Assembly (NCBI GenBank): GCA_013265495.1
Contig: MU058636.1
Span: 1,736,001-1,800,000 of the forward strand
Direction of reading: 5' to 3'
DNA from: Vicugna vicugna
Taxonomy: Eukaryota
Length of the DNA: 64,000 nt
In this document: in pieces, positions 38,671-49,700 of the stretch
Numbering within the stretch: position 1 is the stretch's first letter
Layout: each line of letters begins with the position of its first letter
Program-made: the position numbers and the translations under genes
The notes under the pieces: generated by a model
Told to the model about the DNA's origin: nothing
The model's input: only the letters and a program-made list of their open reading frames with translations
The model's database searches: none

Positions 38671-39159
38671 TGACAATAAAACTATGTACAGACCAAAGAT
38701 AATCTGAGTATGAAAATGTCTGACACTTTAATGTAAGAAAAGCTCATATACTTTTTTAATCTAAGGAACCTAAGTAGAAATGATTTAAAAATATTTGTAG
38801 ACATATGAAAGTTTTAAATTTTAACTTTGGTGCCAAGAAGACATCTAGCCACATTGATATCTAAATTCTCTGTATTTCCTGGAAAATCTAAAGACCAGAT
38901 AATTAATGAATTACTAAACACATATGTACTCAGGGATTAAGTGTTATGTGAACCAGTTTTTAAATTCTTTCCAGAAGGAGAGAATTCTAAATGTTTAAAA
39001 ACTGCGAATGAGCTAAGTCACCAGGGAACAATTCAATTTAACAAACATTTATTGAATGCCCCCTAAGGACCAGGCACAGGGTTAGGTATTGAGCAGCCTC
39101 TGTTAAAATACGATGAATTTTATTTTTTAGCTATAAAAATACTCATTGTGCAGCCCTGG

Positions 39160-41330
39160 AAAATTTAAAAAAGAGAGTAAGACTGCCCATAATACAACCA
39201 TCCAATGAAAACTACTATTAATATTATGGTGTACTTCAATCTAAATTTTTTTTCTGAAGTTTTTTTTTAAACCTGAATTTTTAAACTTCATTATATAAAA
39301 TGTTTTGCCACCTAGCATTTTAACAAAAATTTTCTCAGGTTACTAAAAGGCTTCCTAAACAAAATTTTAATATCATATAAGAATATGCCGATTTTTAAGG
39401 CTTTGTTATCTGTTGTCAAATTAACCTACACAAAGGCTGCATCAATTCACACACCCACCAGTAAAATATAAAAATACTCACTTCCAAACATCTTCATGAC
39501 TGGATACTAAGATTCCTTTAAATGTTTGCCAAAATGATGTGTAAAAATTATTATCTTGAGTTTTTTTCCTATTTTCTCTTACAAGATAGGATTAACATTT
39601 TTCATAGGCTTAATGACAGTCAATGTTACTCAGTTTTTATAAATTTCCTACTTATTTTTAAACTAAGTTTTCTATTTAATGTAAATTTAACATTTAATAA
39701 AACGCAATGTGGAAAAGGAACTTGTCCTTTGCTTATTGATTTGTTAGAACTCTTTGTATTTTAAGGGTGTTGATTACTTATTTGTCTCATGTGTTGAGGT
39801 TTTTGAGTTTTTTAAAGTACAGAAGCTTTTGATTTTTTTAGTTGATCATTTTCTTTATGGTTTCTACTTGTGGTGTCATGTTTAGGAAAGAATTCCCCAC
39901 TTCAATATTATATTCATTTATATTTTCTCCTAGTTTAATGGTATTACTTCTTCTTAAATCTTTAATATGTTTGAAATTTAATTGGTACAAAGAATGAAAG
40001 ATAGCTATTCTTATATTCTTAACAAATGCTTACCCATCTTAACAAATGCTTACCCACTTCACACAATACCACTTATTAAATAGTCAGCTCCCACATAAAT
40101 AATAAAACACTACCTTCATCATCTAGTAAATTCTAATATACACCTGGATATCTCTTTTATTCCACATGTCTATTTATCTGTTTTAGGCCTGGAATAATAC
40201 TGCTTGATTATAAATATAAAACATATTTTCACTCCTGGGCATATATCCAGAAGAAACCCTAATTCAAAAAGTCACCTGCACCCCAATGTTCATAGCAGCA
40301 CTATTTATACTAGCCAAGACATGGAAACAACCTAAATGTCCATTGACAGATGACTGGATAAAGAAGTTGTGGTATATTTATACAATAGAATACTATTTAG
40401 CCACAAAAATGAGATCATAATGTCATTTGCAGCAACATGGATGTCCCTGGAAAATGTCATTCTAAGTGAAATAAGCCAGAAAGAGAAAGAAAAATACCAT
40501 ATGATATCACTCATATGTGGAATCTAAAAAAAAAAAAAGAAAAAGACAAATGAACTTAAATATAAAGCAGAAACAGACTCACAGACATAGAATACAAACT
40601 TGTGGTTGCTGGGGGGAGGGGGGTGGGAAGGGACAGACTGGCAGTTCGAGATTTATATATACTGACAGGCATATATAGAATAGATAAACAAGATTATACT
40701 GTATAGCACAGGGAAATATATTCAAGATCTTGTAGTAGCTCATAGTGAAAAAGAATATGAAAACAAATATATATATATATATTCATGTATGACTGAAAAA
40801 TTGTGCTGTACACCAGAAATTGACATATTGTAAACTAAACTCAATAAAGAAGTGTTAAAATATACATATACACATATATATATGTATATAAATAAAAACA
40901 TATTTTAATACCTATTAGGACAAATTTTTCCTGATTATGTTCCTTTTTTTCCCCAAAAGCTTAAAGAATATTTTCAAACATTTATTCATCTAGATAAATT
41001 TTAGAAACATTCAGTCATACTCAAAAAAAAATCCCACTGGAATTTTTTATGGAATGCCATTATATGTACATGTTAACTTGGAAAAAACTGGCAGATTTAC
41101 AGTATTGAGTCTTCTCATTCAAAATTTTATTCAAATCTTCTTTCAAGTTCTTTGACATCCAGGAGATCTGTAGTTTTCTGTTGCATGTGGGCCCTGCATA
41201 TTTCTTACAAAATTTATCCCTAGATTTTTTTGTAATCATCTATCAGATCTTTTTTCATTACATTTCTAACAGTTTACTGTTCATAATGATACTTTGGGCA
41301 TAATTTTCTTTTCCTGTATTTTCAAATTAT
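39160..41330 (-). mobile_element. Ancient L1ME-like element, antisense, interrupted by a young L1
   Basis: T-rich ORF2-like remnants ('tttgcttattgatttgttagaactctttgtatttta...ggtgtcatgtttaggaaag', 'ctggcagatttacagtattgagtcttctcattc') on both sides of 40230-40894. Confidence 0.7.
40230..40894 (+). mobile_element. Young 5'-truncated camelid-type L1 with target-site duplication
   Basis: Well-preserved ORF2 end and 3'-UTR; direct repeat AAAACATATTTT at 40218-40229 and 40895-40906. Confidence 0.95.
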
Positions 41331-41619
41331 CTCTTTAGGGTAAAACTCCCCAAAATGTTGCTGGGACCCAGTTCTCACCGGAAAACAAGTTCATGCAATA
41401 TGATATATGGGAAGGTCAGAAAGAACTCTGTGGGGTTTGGAGATACTAGTGTAAGCGCATTTTTAAAATATATGTCTATGTACACACAAGAGTTTTTTTT
41501 AAATAATCATCTCTGGATGACAATCCCAGAGGGAAATGGTGATGAGGAATACAATTCTTCATTTTAAAAAAAATGTCTCTTCATAGATTGCTTATTGGTT
41601 GCAATGAACAAATCTAGCA

Positions 41620-42170
41620 ACAACTTAATAGAAGGATCAAAATTAACATCACCAAGAAGAGCTAGCTGGACATCATGTGTCTCCAGGTGTGATGTCCTTA
41701 GAAGGACATGAGAAACATCAGACAAACAGATAATAAAGAATATTCTAGGGGAGGGTATAGCTCAAGTGATAGAGTGTCTGCTTAGCATGCAGGAGGTCCT
41801 GGGTTCAATCCCCAGTACCTTCTCTAAAAATGAATAATAAAACCTAATTACCTCCCTCCTGCCAAAAAATAATAATAATAAAATAATACAATAGTAAATA
41901 AATTAATTAAGTTTTTTAAAAAGAATATCCCATTAGGAAAATGGGAGGAGGGGCTGTATTCTCTAAAACTGTCAGTGTTGTAAAAGATAAAGGCTATGGA
42001 AATGTTCAGAGTTAACAGAGGCTAAAGAGACATGCAATGCTTGACAAACTGGAATGTGAGTTCAACTGACAAAATTGGAATATTAGCAGTAGACTAAAGA
42101 ATTATATCAATATAAAGGTATCCAGTTGATTACTGTACTTATGTAAGACCATATTCCTATTCTTAAGAAA
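41620..42170 (+). mobile_element. L1MC-like 3'-UTR fragment hosting a SINE
   Basis: 'aattaacatcacc...gacatcatgtgtctcc...catgagaaacatcagacaaac...aaaactgtcagtgt...gaggctaaagagacatg'. Confidence 0.65.
41748..41919 (+). mobile_element. vic-1-type tRNA-derived SINE (camelid), long form
   Basis: GGGGAGGGTATAGCTCAAGTGATAGAG (A box), GGGTTCAATCCCC (B box), 'aaacctaattacctccc' segment, A-rich tail; direct repeat AAAGAATAT(T/C)C at 41735-41745 and 41920-41930. Confidence 0.92.
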
Positions 42171-42175
42171 TACAA

Positions 42176-42345
42176 CAAGGTCCTACTGTAGAGCCCAAGG
42201 AACTACATCCAATACATTGTAATGGCCTATAATGAAAAAGACCACGAAAAGGAATATACGTGTGTGTATAACTGAATCACGATGCTGTGCACCAGAGATT
42301 AACACAGCACTGTAAACCACCTACACTTCAATAAAAAAATAAATG
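42176..42345 (+). mobile_element. Short L1 3'-end insertion
   Basis: 'caaggtcctactgtagagc...ataactgaatcacgatgctgtgcaccagagattaacacagcactgtaaaccacctacacttcaataaaaaaa'. Confidence 0.88.
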
Positions 42346-42579
42346 CAATGCCTCCCCAAAATAAAAAAATAGAAACCATGAGAGAGAGAGAGAGAGAAGA
42401 AATACAAACAAACAAACAAAAAATACAGAAAGTAGTTAGGAGTACCAGGCCATGACAGATGTAGCTGACCTGCAAATGACTCAGAAAAAAACCTGCCTGC
42501 ACTTGTGTGCATCCCCAGTACCTGGCCCATCCCAGGTACTCAATAAACGTCTGCTGAGTGAAGGAGGGAACTAATCTGA

Positions 42580-42875
42580 TGACTGGTTGTCTTGGGCTAC
42601 CGTGATAAATACAGACTGGGTGACTCCAGCAGAAGGTACTGACTTCTCACAGTTTGGGAGGCTGGGAAGTCTGAGATCAAGGTGCGGGGCAGGGGGGTTG
42701 TTCATGACACGAGCCCCCCTCCTGGCTGGCAGAGGGCCAGCTTCTTGCTGGGTCCTCACGTGGCAGAGAGAGCTCTGGTCTGGTCCTCTTCTTACAAGGA
42801 CACAAGTCCAAGCCGGGGGCTCCACCCTCATTACTTCATCTAAACCGAGTCACCTCCCACGGCACCGTTAACACA
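42580..42875 (-). mobile_element. MLT1A/B-like MaLR LTR
   Basis: 'cagactgggtgac...ttctcacagtttgggaggctgggaagtctgagatcaaggtg...cttcttgctgggtcctcacgtggcagagagag...ctcttcttacaaggacac'. Confidence 0.85.
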
Positions 42876-45429
42876 GCGACTAGTTTCCTCCAGTTCCACC
42901 CCTGGCTCACAAACAAGTCCTCCCTCACTTCAGTGCTATTTCCTCAGGTCACTGGGATGTCAAGGTTCTTCCTGCCCTGACTGCTGTCGACTCCTGGGTT
43001 CCCTGTGAAAGCCACTGTCCTGGAGGCCACCTGAACCTGCACGTGGCGGTTTCCCTGTTTCTCCCCCACAGAATTTTCTGCACATGTTGCCCTCTTCCTG
43101 GACACACCTGCTCCTAGTCAGCTCTCCTGCCCTAACCTTGCTCTCAGCATCTCAACCCCTCATGCTTTCTGAGGCCACACTTGTCATGCAAGTTTTCGAC
43201 TTTTTAATCATTAATCCTCTCCCTCAAAGAGACAGCGCCAAGAAAACAGGCTAAGCTCCTGTTTTGTATTCCCACACCCTCTTCTGGAGGGATGTGTCCT
43301 GTTTCCAGGCCACACTGCTATCGTAGAAATACAACCATAAACACTGTCATAACTAAATCAACTAAGTCTCTTTTTTATGTTTTTAGTACCCTGCTGTGGC
43401 TACAGTCAAGTTACCCTCAGTGTGCAGACTTTTTTTAAAGAAAAGGAAATTTTACCTCAAAGTGAAAGACAAGTGAGTCAATTTTTCTATCCACAAGTAA
43501 CTTAAGTAAAAGGGAATTCCCAGCTACTGCCTCCGTGGGGTTTACTACTACCCTTGTACTTTCTGCGTAGATGCTGTGCACCGATAAACAGCACATCGCC
43601 CAAGAACTTTTATTCTTCTCCAAAGCCTGACTACTCTGTTCAGAAATAGCCTATTGAACCTCCTGATTTGGTTCTAGGACAATTTATCTCCTTATCCAGT
43701 AAAACTTTGCTAAGTATTTATCGTGAACGAGGCATTATTCAAGGGGCTCCGCGACAGAACAAGCCTCTTGTCCTCCAGGAGTGGCAGCGGCACAGGAGGA
43801 CAGTGAGCTGTAAGTGCTGATCCTCCGACCCTGCTAGCAAGCTGTCCCTCCCCCTTCACCTGAAGATGTGCGCGTGACCCAGACCCGGACAGTCAGACCC
43901 TTCCATCCCACCGGCCCCTACATGGGACAGGAGTGGTCAGGCCGCCGAAGCCAGGATGGTCCGAGTTCCTCCCAGGGGTCTGCAGTCAGAGGCAGACAGG
44001 AAGTTTCTTTTGCACGTGGATCCCAAGCCGTAGCATTGGCACCGGGCTAACTGATAACCATCTTCCCTTCACAGAGGAAACCAGGCAGCAGCAGGTGAGA
44101 ATTAAGCCGATTCACAGAAAGAAGTGAAATCAGGTGTGGAGGCTGCGAGCCCCCTGGCCTCGCCCAGGGCTTCAGAGCCTGCACATTCTCTCCTCGCTGG
44201 TTTGCATGGAGATCCTGTCACTTGCAGCTGAGAGGGCCCTGCCTCAGAAAGATTATAGTAATCATGAGTGACAAGAAAAAAAACTACAAAAATTCAGTTA
44301 CGAGAGTTCTCCTTCCTTAGGGAAGATCAGAAAACAGTGACGTCTGAGCTTGTCCCTAAGGAGCCTATTAAACCGTGGTAAGTAGAAATGGCCACGAGAA
44401 CGCCCCAGGTGGAAGGAACAAGGGGAAGCGGCAACAAACTGTCCAAACCGGCAAGAGTGTATTCACAGCCGAGCAGTGTGGCAACCAGGACGAAAAAGGT
44501 GAGTTTGGGCTGCTTGGTGGAGGACCTTGCATTCCGACAGACTACCCCAGTCGTCTTGTCCAGCTGGACAAGGAAAATGTCATGCTGTATCTCGGGAGAG
44601 CAGTGAGGGCTGGAGACATGGGCTGGGCGTTGTCTGCAGAAAAACTATTTTCCAAGCCTCCAGGTGCTGAGCCCCGCACAGTAACGGCCACTAACGTACC
44701 CGCGGCCTTTACACAGGTTAGACGTTATGCTGAAATCTGGTATGTGCTTAGTTTTATTTAATCCTTAAAGAAACCCTGTAAGGTACGCACTATTTTTTTT
44801 TTAATCCCATTTTGGAGTCGAAGTATGAAATAAGGCTTACAGAGCTGGCCCTTCACAGGGACCAGCTGAAAGTCCCACACTAGTCAGTGGCAGAGCCAGC
44901 CCTGGTCTTCATCCCGGGCACAGGGGCTTCACCACCACGTGCCTCTGTGCTCCTCAGTGGGAGAACTGAGGAGGAGGGAAAGGGCAGATAAAGCATCTTG
45001 GGAAAGATTCAGCAGAAGTAAGACTTTCGTCCACCTCTGGGTCAGACGGGTGCCTGGATCAAGACGCCACCTGAAGGGAGAGGACCCAGGCAAGGGCTTT
45101 TGGACTTAAACCTGCTACTGTGGCACCAGCTGTCACTTCTGCTCCTCTTCCAATGACCACGGAGCCTAAAAACTGGCTCACCTCGTTCTGGAGGCCTTTT
45201 TCATAATGTCTCAATCCATCTTTTTAAGTCGAATATTGAAGATGTCAGTTTCTGTTGGCATAGATGCTGGAATGACTGCAGGAAGCAGGCCCTTCTCTAC
45301 TCCAGGCCATACGATCTGGAAGGTTATCTGTTACAGTAACTAATGTTGCCCTAGTTAAGACTTAGGAAGATTCAGTTAAAGTATTAAGCCAACCAACTCC
45401 TGAAATTTAACAAAAGAAATTCTTCCCAA

Positions 45430-46050
45430 GCTTAAAAATTCAGAAGGCAAATTGAAGGACAGAATTGCCACTCTTGAGATTTAAAATGGTGGTTTTAAAG
45501 ACCATGTGAGAAATAATCTCAAAAACTAGGACAGAAGCGCAAAGAGAAGCATTACATAAAACAAAAGTTACCTGGAAGTTAGGTCCTAAGAACTCGATAT
45601 GCAAGTAACATGAATACCAGGAGGGAAAAAAATGTAACAGGTAGAGGAAGTAGTAATAAATAAATGACCAGAGAAATGTTTGTTACTTGTGGAGTTATTT
45701 ACGCAGGTTTTTAGGAGAGGTGATAAAAAGGCACACAACTAGGCATATCCTAGTAAAATTTTAAAATTCCACAGTTAAAGAGAAATTTTGCCTGCTTCTA
45801 GACCAAGAGGACAGATTACCTACAGAAGAAGAAAAAAATCAGCTGGCCCTGGACTTATACGCAGCCCCAGAAGTCAGTGGAATGGAGGAATGATGTTTAC
45901 AAATTGCTAAGAGAAAAAAACCAGGAGCCAGGAATGCATAACATGTCAAGATATGATCCACTTGTTAGAGTGAAAGAAAGATATTTTCTGGCACGCAAGG
46001 ATTCCAGTGCCATCGTTCACATAACCTGAGGAGAAGGTTCCAGAAAGGAC
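45430..46050 (+). mobile_element. Ancient L1 ORF1-region remnant
   Basis: 'cacacaactaggcatatcctagtaaaattttaaaattcc...aagagaaattttg...cagattacctacagaag'. Confidence 0.55.
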
Positions 46051-46754
46051 TCTGCCAAGAAGAGGAAGGAGGAAGAATGCCGATGAGAAGGAGAAGATGA
46101 AAAAAAATGGATAAAACAAAGAAGCAGAAAAGAGGTCGATGGCAGGCAAAGAACTCTGCGACATCCGTGGTTAATCTAACTGGATAATAATTGACTGCGA
46201 ATGTGTACTATGAACACTAAGATCCTTGAAATATGAGACACAGTGCAGAAGAAAGCGTTCATGATAGTCTGGGGCTAACAGTACTGTTCATCTCAGCGAT
46301 ATCGAGGAACTGGGATTTGGGTAGGCCTTCATAAAACAGCAGTGACACTAAAATTCTCTTCTCATTGAGGATGAGGAAAGCCCAGCGGGGAGCACGTGGT
46401 GAAGTAACAGTGGCTGGCACGTCACCTTGGGGAAGACTTTAGCAGTGTGTGCCCAAAGGCAATGATTAGGAATGGAATACTGAACGGAAAAGGAGAGCAA
46501 AATTTCCAAATTTACCTGAGGGAGGGAAGAGAATAGACACCAACTGGATCAACCAGCAAAAATAAAAAGCAAATAACACAATAAAATAAGAAAGTTAAAA
46601 AAATAAGGTAGAAGGTAAGGTGAAAGACAGGGATGGGGAAAGAAAGAAACGCTCTGTTATACACTGTAAGAAATATACTTTATAAAAAGTTGGAGGGAAG
46701 GTTGAAGATCAAAGGATGGGCAAAAATATTAACAAATATTAACTTTTAAAGACG

Positions 46755-47358
46755 TAAGAGTGGACAAAATGCTGATGAAAGAAACTAAAGACCTAAATAA
46801 ATGGAGACATATTATATTCATGGATTAGAAGACTCAACATAATAAGGTTGTCAATTCTCTTTCAAACTGATCTATAGATTTAACACAGTTCTTATCAAAA
46901 TGTCAGCAAGCTCATTCGAAAAGTTACACAGAAGGGAAAAGGAACTAAAATAGGGAAACAATTTTGAAATGAAGAATTAAGTGTGAAGAATCAATCTACT
47001 AGGTTTTAAATTTTGATTTATAGCTACACTAACCAAGACAGTGTGCTCTTAGGAGGAATGAAACGAAAGCGAGAACCCAGAAACAGACCAAACAGAGATG
47101 CCCAGCTGACTTCAACAAGAAGCAAAATGACAAAATCTCACACCTTATACAAAAATTAACTCAAGATGGATTTAAGGTAAAATATAAAACTGAAACTTTT
47201 AGAACAAAATGTAGCAGAAAATCATTAGGGCTGAGGGCCAGGCGAAGAGTTCTTAGACTTGACACCCAAAGCCTGATGCACGGTAGGAAAAAATGATGAA
47301 TTCAACCTAATCAAAATGTAAAACTGTTGCAAAAGACTCTGTTGAGAGGATGAAAAGT
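46755..47358 (+). mobile_element. L1 ORF2 fragment, sense
   Basis: 'aaagacctaaataaatggagacat...tcatggattagaagactcaacat...aaactgatctatagatttaa...aaaaattaactcaa'. Confidence 0.88.
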
Positions 47359-48815
47359 ACGTAACTTTTGGGTATTGGCTTTTTTTCACTCAACAACCAT
47401 CCAAGTTGTTGTGTCTGCCAACGGTTCACTCCCTTACTGTTGAATGGTACTCTGCGGTATGGATGCTCTGCAGCTTAACCATGCACCTGTGGAAGGATGC
47501 TGGGGCTGTTACCAGTTTGGGGACTATTACAAATAAACTGCTGTGCACACTCTGGTACAGATTTTCATGTAAACACAAGCTTCTCTTTCTCTGACATAAA
47601 TACCCAAGAGAGCAACTGCCAGGCCATGTGCTAGCCACATGTTTAGCTTTTTAAGAAACTGTCCAACTGTTTTCTAGAGTGGCTGTACCATTTTACATTA
47701 CCACCAGCAACATATGAGACCCAGTTTCTCCACATCCTCACAAGTACCTGGTGTCACTATTTTTTACGTAGCCACAGTGTGTAGCAATAGTAGTCTGGGT
47801 TCTCCAAAGAAACAGAACCCATAGGAGGGATATGTGTGTCTATGTATACACGTTATTTTGCTAACAGTTGCTGAAACAGTTGCTGAAAGCAGGATTCATA
47901 TATAAAAATGAATGAGATTTATTTTAAGAAATTGATTCGTGTAGGTATGGAGGCTGAGAAGCTCCAAAACCTGCAGTTGGCAAGCTGGAGACCTAGGAGA
48001 GCTGATGTCAGTTCTAATTTGATTCCAAAGGCTTAAGAACCAGGGGAGCCAGCGGTGTAGGTTCCAGGCTGAGTCCAAGTCCAAAGGCAGAAGACTAATA
48101 CCTTAGCTCAGACAGTCAGACAGAGAGAACCCTCCCTTCCTCAGCCTTCTGTTCTATCCAGGCATTCAGTGGACCGGGTGAGGCCCGCCCACACTGGGGG
48201 GACAATCTGCTTCTTTAGGATTTTTAAAAAATGTATTGATTCAAATGTTAATCTCATCCAGAAACACCCTTACAAAAACGCCCAGAATAATGCTTAACCA
48301 AGTATCTGGCACCCCGTGGCCCAGTCAAGTTGACACACAAAATCATAGTAGGCTGTCACACTGCAGCTTTAATTTGCACTTCCCTAACAGCTAATGAGGA
48401 AGAACACCTTGTCATGTGCTTATGTGCCATCTGCATATCTTCTTCAGGGAAATGTGTGTTCATGACTTTGCCCGTTTTCTAAATGGATTTTTTTTAAAAA
48501 ACTGTTGACTCTCGAGAACTCTTCATATATTCTGGATGCTGGCTTTTTGTCAAATACGTGGTCTACAAGTCTAGCTTGTCTTTCTACCCACTTAACAGTC
48601 TTTCATAGAGCAAAAGTTTTTAATTTGAATGAAGTCCAGCTTGTCAACTGTTCCTTTTAGAGACTGTGCTTTTGGTGTCAAGTCTAAGAACCATTTGCCT
48701 AGCCCTAGTTCCTGAAGATTCTCTTCTGAAAGTTTTATAGTTTTACACTTAGAAGGTGATACATTTTGAGTTAATTTTTATATAAGGTACGAAATTTAGG
48801 TCTTTCTTTTTTTTA
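47359..48815 (-). mobile_element. L1MC/L1MD-like ORF2 3' part, antisense, split by an MLT2 LTR
   Basis: Minus-strand ORF 47426..47638 is ORF2-like; the L1 resumes after 48350 ('ctttaatttgcacttccctaacagctaatga'). Confidence 0.88.
47790..48345 (-). mobile_element. MLT2B-like ERVL solo LTR
   Basis: 'tagtctgggttctccaaagaaacagaacc...ggaggctgagaag...gcaagctggagacc...ttaatctcatccagaaacaccct...ggcccagtcaagttgacaca'. Confidence 0.9.
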
Positions 48816-48829
48816 CTTATGGATGGCTG

Positions 48830-49700
48830 CTTTAAAATACTTGCCAGATAATTCCAGTATCTGACTTATTATGGTGTTGCTGCCAGTTGACTGTCTTTTC
48901 TCATTCAAGTTGTGGTTTTCCTGGCTCTTGGCGAGAGGTGACGTTTTTATCATATTCTAGACATTTGGTTACCATGTTAGAAGTCTCTGCGTCCTATTTA
49001 AATCTCTTATTTCAGCAAGCAGTCGCCTTGTTCAGATTTAGCACGCAGATTCCTGCCTAGGTTTGTGGGCTCTGGTTCTAAAGACAGACTAACTTTCGGA
49101 GCCCTTGCAGTGCTGTTCTGGTCTGCTTGCTTCACTTGGTGCAGCTCGGGCTTCGACTCGGCCCTGCATGCTCTGCCTAATGGGGCAGACGGAGCCTCTG
49201 CGGACCAGGCCACCTGCACCTGGAGGTGGGGCGGGGGAGCTCCAGGCCCATGGGAACAATTAGGCTTCCAAGCTGCCCATCTGTTGTGGTGGGATCCCCC
49301 CTGGCCAGTGCCACCCTCGGTGGGGCAGGGGCTCTCTGAGCAGGCAGGGAAGAACAAGTACCTCCCTTGGTCACTTCGTGTCTGTGGTTTCCTGACTTGT
49401 CCCACTTGCTGGTGCTGCTGTGTTCACCTGGTATTACCGGTGAGTCTTCCGTTTGATCCAGGAAAGAATGAGCCACCTCCGCTGCCTTCTGTTGCTAGAC
49501 TGGTGGTCAGGGAGCATCGGCCCTGGCTCACGTGTTTCTGTCGGCTGGGTAGCTGTAAGACACCCCACCGCCGTGTTGCTTCCCCTGCCCTGGGGTCCCC
49601 AACCAGCCCACCTTCCTCTTCCCACCTTTCAGAGCTGTCCCTTGGTAACCCTTACGTTGTTTCCAGAGCTCACTGCTGTACTTAGAGGGGAAGGACAGAG
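48830..49700 (-). mobile_element. Old L1 5'-region remnant
   Basis: Homologous to 20560-20880; GC-rich 5'-UTR-like continuation to about 49700. Confidence 0.55.

Noticed and set aside
41748..41820. tRNA-like sequence with A and B boxes
   Set aside because: Followed by a SINE-specific segment, an A-rich tail and flanking direct repeats, so it is a SINE rather than a tRNA gene.
49065..49685. 206-aa ORF
   Set aside because: Lies in a probable old L1 5' region, has no recognisable domain and starts at a non-ATG codon.
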